From contig CAYRPF010000038.1 of the NCBI GenBank assembly GCA_964426185.1, positions 18,848 to 29,549 on the forward strand: a stretch of 10,702 nucleotides of DNA, in the 5' to 3' direction. Below, piece after piece: positions 6,589 through 10,702 of the stretch; position 1 is the first letter of the stretch; the number at the start of each line of letters is the position of its first letter. The position numbers were made by a program, and so were the translations under genes. The notes under the pieces were generated by a model, which worked only from the letters and a program-made list of their open reading frames with translations, was not told the origin of the DNA and made no database searches. The DNA is from an uncultured archaeon. Lineage in GTDB: Archaea; Asgardarchaeota; Lokiarchaeia; Sigyniarchaeales; Promethearchaeaceae.

Positions 6589-7719
6589 TTAAAATCTTTC
6601 ATAGATCCACTCTTTCAACAAATCAATAACCTTATCAAATTGCTCTTTTGTGTGGTTGGAAGTAATTGTGAATTTTATGGCTCCGGTATCTGGAACGCTT
6701 GTATAACTCTTTGGTTCAGAGTAATTGGTTAAAACCTTGTTATTCTTCAAAAATTCTGATAATTCCTTAAGGTCTTCTTCAGAAGGAAGTGTGAGGTATG
6801 CTATCCCCGTTGGGGTAAGATCATTATGAAATCCAATTTTATTCAGTTTTGTTTTGAAATAAATGGCATTTTCATGAAGTTTTTTTATTTTTTGTGGATA
6901 TTTGGCTAATAAATCAAATGCACAAGCAGAAGCGGCCAATATAGGGTTTGGAATCATGGTTGCCCCTTTTAAAACGATTCCCTTTTTCAAACAGATTTGC
7001 TTGAACTCATTTGAACATGGAATTATTCCCCCGTGGCTGCCAATTGCCTTGCTCATTGTCCCGCAAAAGTAGAGCCGTGAGTCTTTAAGTCCGAAATATT
7101 CATAGGTTCCTTTTCCCGTATCTCCAAGAACACCTGTTCCATGCGAATCGTCAATACAAATTATTCCTTTGCCTAATTTGTCCAGAATGTTCAAAAATTG
7201 GGGGATGGGGGCGATCTCACCTGTTACGGGGAATATTCCATCGCTAGCGATCATGGGCTTATCATGCGGTGCGAGATATTTGTCCATCTGCTGTTTTAGA
7301 TCCTTGAAGTCACGATGTTTGAACACGATGAATGGCTTTCCCGAGATCTGCAAAGCATCCATCATCGAATAATGGGATTCTTCATCAACAAATATGATAT
7401 TATATTCATCCTTTAAAACTCGAAAGAGAATCAAATTGCCCAAATATCCTGAGGGGTAGGTCACCACTGTTTCGGTATCGAAGAATTTTGCTGCTGTTTT
7501 TTCGAGATTCTGCACAGTTGAGTTTATACCATAGCCATAGTAGGAAAGACCCATCTTAATAGGAAACAAATCAAGGATTTTCTGTGCGGCAAGTCGTACT
7601 GACGCGTCATTCTGTAGTCCATGATAGTCACACCCTAAATAGAAATCATATTCTTCACCTTCCCATTTAATCTTGGGAAAAATTGCATCTTTTAGTTGTT
7701 CTTTTTTGTTGTTCATCAT
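6589..7719 (-). CDS. PLP-dependent alpha-oxoamine synthase family enzyme (BioF/Kbl-like, aminotransferase class II)
   Basis: DYHGL, SGYLGN, DEESHYS, FKHRD, SDGIFPVTG, DDSHGTGVLG and GTMSKAIG (PLP lysine). ATG at 7719 follows an SD-like GGAGA; the ORF track extends the frame to 7770. Confidence 0.88.
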   Translation of the reverse strand: MMNNKKEQLKDAIFPKIKWEGEEYDFYLGCDYHGLQNDASVRLAAQKILDLFPIKMGLSYYGYGINSTVQNLEKTAAKFFDTETVVTYPSGYLGNLILFRVLKDEYNIIFVDEESHYSMMDALQISGKPFIVFKHRDFKDLKQQMDKYLAPHDKPMIASDGIFPVTGEIAPIPQFLNILDKLGKGIICIDDSHGTGVLGDTGKGTYEYFGLKDSRLYFCGTMSKAIGSHGGIIPCSNEFKQICLKKGIVLKGATMIPNPILAASACAFDLLAKYPQKIKKLHENAIYFKTKLNKIGFHNDLTPTGIAYLTLPSEEDLKELSEFLKNNKVLTNYSEPKSYTSVPDTGAIKFTITSNHTKEQFDKVIDLLKEWIYERF

Positions 7720-7756
7720 TTTAACGATTTCTCCATTTCTTTGATTTGAATATATG

Positions 7757-7801
7757 TACATCTGAAACATTGCTGAGCATAAATAGCTCAGTGTGGATGT
7801 A
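7757..7801. promoter_or_regulatory. Inverted repeat (core CTGAGC-N7-GCTCAG, outer TACATC/GATGTA) beside a minus-strand TATA-like TTTATAA (7804-7810)
   Basis: The complementary arms are read directly from the sequence. The operator/leader role is inferred from position. Confidence 0.4.
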
Positions 7802-8091
7802 ACTTATAAAGTATGCTATATATCAATAGAATTTTCAACCATTTAATCTAGATTTTAAAGAGGGATCTTATTCTTAATCGTTTAATTATTCAATGAAATT
7901 TTGGATTTTACTTGACTTGGGATCTTTTCTACTATTCAAATTTTTTCTTTAAATATTTTGTTTAGTTAGAATAATATTTATATATTTAATATAGCTGGTT
8001 TAAGGTAAAAATATTTCTATTCAATCTATGTCTGTTTTAGCAAGTTTTTGTTCAAAAAGCAAAATTTTTAATGTTCCAAATGTTCAAATTA

Positions 8092-8099
8092 TTTATATA
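8092..8099 (+). promoter_or_regulatory. Putative TATA box TTTATATA for the regulator/acd genes
   Basis: Consensus archaeal TATA upstream of the + strand genes, in an AT-rich background. Confidence 0.35.
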
Positions 8100-8107
8100 T
8101 CTTTATA

Positions 8108-8167
8108 ACGAAAATATATGAAGTAAATATTGCGCAGCGTAATTTTATCTTCATAGTCGTTTTTCGT
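8108..8167. repeat. 60-bp imperfect inverted repeat / long hairpin
   Basis: ACGAAAA(8108-8114)/TTTTCGT(8161-8167), TATGAAG(8117-8123)/CTTCATA(8149-8155), TAAA/TTTA and ATTGCG/CGTAAT around a CAG loop. Confidence 0.6.
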
Positions 8168-8295
8168 AGAAATTCTGTTCTTCTTGGCAAATCGAGACCA
8201 CTTTAATGAACATTGTTAATCTTGGAGTTGAGTACATGCAAACGTGTCAAAAAGGGATCTATTCCTCAAGTATCAAGGTCGAGCATAACGACTCA

Positions 8296-9270
8296 ATGAC
8301 TCGAAATGTACAATTGACGGGGAAAAGAAGTTATACTATCACCCTTCCCAAAAAATGGATTGAAGAACACAAAATTCAGAAAAAGCAGCCTTTATTGGTA
8401 AAAAGCCAAAGTGATGGTTCACTTCTGATTAAGACAATTTCACCAGAACCTGAATCGATTAATTCTTCAATTATCAATATTTCTCAAGATGCAACTCCCA
8501 TTCGCCTATATCAAGATCTAAAGTCTGCATACATTGAAGGAAATTGTAGAATTGTTGTTGTAAGTGGAGGAAGATTTACTCAACAAGCTAAAAATGCGAT
8601 TATGAATTTTGTAAATGATTTTCATGGCTTGAAAATTACTGATCAAACCTTAAATTCTGTTTTCATTGAGGAAATCGAGAATTTCACCACCCACAAAATA
8701 TCTTGGTTATTTGAAAATATCCTCTATTGTACCGCTGAACTTCTTCTAAATTCGATGGACAAAGAAGTTATGTGTAATACAGTGGGATTCAAAAAATCAG
8801 AAACAATAATCCATAGCATTAACAAGAATTTCCTTCAAATCCTCCATGCTTCAAATTTATCTCACAAGTTATCCTCAATGGCTTCAAATTCTCGGGCAGA
8901 TTTAATACAATACTCTTATATTAGTATGAACCTTGATAAATTGGGAAGAATTATTGGAAATTTTATGAAGAACATTAAGCATTTGGATTCTCTAATGGAA
9001 ATCGACTTGATTTTTAAGAAATGTGTCCCAATTATAAGTGTTATTTATCAAACAATTCAAGAAATCATTCAGAGCTTCAAAGAAGGAAAAATTATGTGTG
9101 AAATGGAGTCTTTTGGGAATAAAATCTCTTTAACCAAGTTAATTGACGATATTTTTATGGATCAACGACTTTCTATGGAAGCAACCAGAATTATAATGCG
9201 GATCATAGACAATCTCAATCAATTCATCAATATCGTAGAATTTATCCATTTATTTATCCATACATTATGA
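8296..9270 (+). CDS. AbrB/SpoVT-type DNA-binding domain regulator with a divergent PhoU-like helical C-terminus (archaeal PhoU-family regulator); start uncertain (8206, 8236 or 8296)
   Basis: RNVQLTGKRSYTITLPKKWI...DGSLLI is the N-terminal AbrB signature of archaeal PhoU-family regulators, followed by LKSAYIEG and helical segments. Confidence 0.75.
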   Translation: MTRNVQLTGKRSYTITLPKKWIEEHKIQKKQPLLVKSQSDGSLLIKTISPEPESINSSIINISQDATPIRLYQDLKSAYIEGNCRIVVVSGGRFTQQAKNAIMNFVNDFHGLKITDQTLNSVFIEEIENFTTHKISWLFENILYCTAELLLNSMDKEVMCNTVGFKKSETIIHSINKNFLQILHASNLSHKLSSMASNSRADLIQYSYISMNLDKLGRIIGNFMKNIKHLDSLMEIDLIFKKCVPIISVIYQTIQEIIQSFKEGKIMCEMESFGNKISLTKLIDDIFMDQRLSMEATRIIMRIIDNLNQFINIVEFIHLFIHTL

Positions 9271-9297
9271 GTACTTAAAAAAAAGGTTGAAATCACT

Positions 9298-10702
9298 ATG
9301 TCAATTACCTCTAATACTATTGAAACAGAAGAACTATCAGACAAATTGGAATGCATTTACCATATTTTGAATGCAAATTCTATCGCAGTTGTTGGAGCTT
9401 CAAAAAATCCAAATAAATGGGGTTATAATATCCTTAAAAACATGATATGTGCAGGGTATAAAGGCAAGATTTATCCTATCAATCCAAGAGAAAAAATTAT
9501 TCAAGGATTGAAGGTCTATAAATCCATTCTTGATGTCCCCGGAGAATTGGATCTGATGATAATCGCAGTTCCTCCAAAGTTTATTCCAGCAATAATCAAG
9601 GAAGGTATACAAAAAAAAGTTGCTGGAGTAGCAATAGTGACCTCTGGCTATCGAGAAGTAGGTAATATTGAAAGAGAAATGGAATTGAAAAAATTAATTG
9701 AAGGAACAAAATTGCACATTTTGGGTCCAAATATTCAAGGTCTTGGAACCCCATCAATTAATCTCTGTGCTCAACCTTCTCCACTTATCACTAAGAAAGG
9801 TCCAATTGCGGTAATCTCCCAAAGTGGCTCAATTACATCAACCATAACCCAATGGGCTCAAGATGAAAATATTGGGATTTCGGGATTTGTTAATCTTGGG
9901 AATCAAATTGATCTCTGTGAATCCGATTTCCTCAGATATTTTGGTGAACATATTGAAACTAAAGTTATCTCCCTCTATATTGAAGGTGCAAAAAATGGGA
10001 AGCATTTTTTCAATGCGCTCCGTGAAGTTTGTCAAAAAAAACCTGTGGTTGTGCTAAAACCAGGTCGAACAACTCGTGGTGTAGAAACTGCCAGTTCTCA
10101 TACTGCCTCTATTGCTGGGAGTGATAAAGTCTTTAATGGAGCCTTATTGCAATGTGGTGCGATTCGGGCCTACGGGATCACTGATTTTTATGATTACACA
10201 AAAGTGTTCGCCACTCAGCCCTTGGTTGAGGGAAATCGGGTGTTTATCATTACCAGTTCTGGGGGTGTTGCTTCTTTACTTATTGACTATCTTGTTGAAA
10301 AAGGTGTGGATATTCCTGAATTGACCCCAGAACAATCAGAACGAATGCAAAAAGCCATATCTATTCCAGGTGTCAGAATTGCTAATCCTTGTGATTTTCC
10401 CGCTTTTCAAGGGAGTGATTATGCACCACTCATAAAATTACTTGCAGAAATTGATGGCGAAGAAGATCTCACCGATCTCTTTATATTTAATGTAGCGGAT
10501 TCCTGTCCTGGGCTGGAACATGAGATTTTAAAGTTCTCCAAATTGACTTCAAAGCCTATTGTTGTAAATTATCAAGGTGGAGGTGAAGATGAAAAAATTG
10601 GAGCGGAATTCCTTAATAAAAATGGAATACCAATTTATCCTGTCGCTGAAAGAGCCGCAAACAGTGTTGGGGCTTTAATCAAATACTCTCAATTTAGAAA
10701 AT
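9298..10702 (+). CDS. acdA: ADP-forming acyl-CoA synthetase (acetate--CoA ligase-type) alpha subunit / CoA-binding protein, 3'-truncated by the window edge
   Basis: Manual translation of a frame open from ATG 9298 to the edge (not in the ORF track): SIAVVGASKNPNKWG, IYPINP, DLMIIAVP, TSGYREVG, LGPN, ISQSGS, LYIEG, KPGRT..ASSHTASIAG (phospho-His codon 10099-10101), TSSGG, NPCD, GIPIYP..ERAA. Confidence 0.88.
   Translation, partial: MSITSNTIETEELSDKLECIYHILNANSIAVVGASKNPNKWGYNILKNMICAGYKGKIYPINPREKIIQGLKVYKSILDVPGELDLMIIAVPPKFIPAIIKEGIQKKVAGVAIVTSGYREVGNIEREMELKKLIEGTKLHILGPNIQGLGTPSINLCAQPSPLITKKGPIAVISQSGSITSTITQWAQDENIGISGFVNLGNQIDLCESDFLRYFGEHIETKVISLYIEGAKNGKHFFNALREVCQKKPVVVLKPGRTTRGVETASSHTASIAGSDKVFNGALLQCGAIRAYGITDFYDYTKVFATQPLVEGNRVFIITSSGGVASLLIDYLVEKGVDIPELTPEQSERMQKAISIPGVRIANPCDFPAFQGSDYAPLIKLLAEIDGEEDLTDLFIFNVADSCPGLEHEILKFSKLTSKPIVVNYQGGGEDEKIGAEFLNKNGIPIYPVAERAANSVGALIKYSQFRK

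Noticed and set aside
4813-7372. Small ORFs 4813-5103, 5557-5796, 5562-5783, 5914-6102, 6076-6324 and 7169-7372
   Set aside because: Fully nested in longer genes with family motifs, and there is no independent evidence for them.
9268-9270. TGA at the end of the regulator as a second Sec codon
   Set aside because: Not at a Cys-type motif. Readthrough would add only a short low-complexity tail over the acd start region, so this is best read as an ordinary stop.
9400-10324. ORF-track calls 9400-9612, 9838-10035, 9863-10057 and 10112-10324
   Set aside because: Alternative-frame or antisense artefacts inside the acd reading frame that starts at 9298 and runs past the window edge.
1-10702. CRISPR array, rRNA, transposase or integrase
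   Set aside because: No regularly spaced repeat-spacer units, rRNA-like sequence or mobile-element protein motifs were seen.

Overview
Low-GC archaeal-type DNA. An Asgard/Lokiarchaeia-like origin is an inference from gene content and is not proven. The left half (243-4653) is a compact + strand operon for a group 3c-type [NiFe] hydrogenase:heterodisulfide reductase in the order mvhG/vhuG - hdrC - hdrB - mvhA/vhuA - vhuU. The large subunit lacks its C-terminal Ni-binding CxxC. That motif is supplied by a 49-codon ORF (4391-4540) absent from the ORF track, which has an in-frame TGA at the Ni-ligand position (RCYDC-U-LSCAAH), i.e. a selenocysteine-containing VhuU peptide. It is followed by a structured 3' UTR (SECIS candidate) and a terminator-like hairpin. 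The small subunit is unusually long because of an internal duplication of its Fe-S domain, and hdrA/mvhD are absent from the operon. The right half holds a nucleotidyltransferase-fold protein, a BKACE/Kce-family enzyme, a PLP alpha-oxoamine-synthase-family enzyme, an AT-rich divergent promoter region with two dyads, an AbrB/PhoU-type regulator, and an ADP-forming acyl-CoA synthetase alpha subunit that runs off the right edge.
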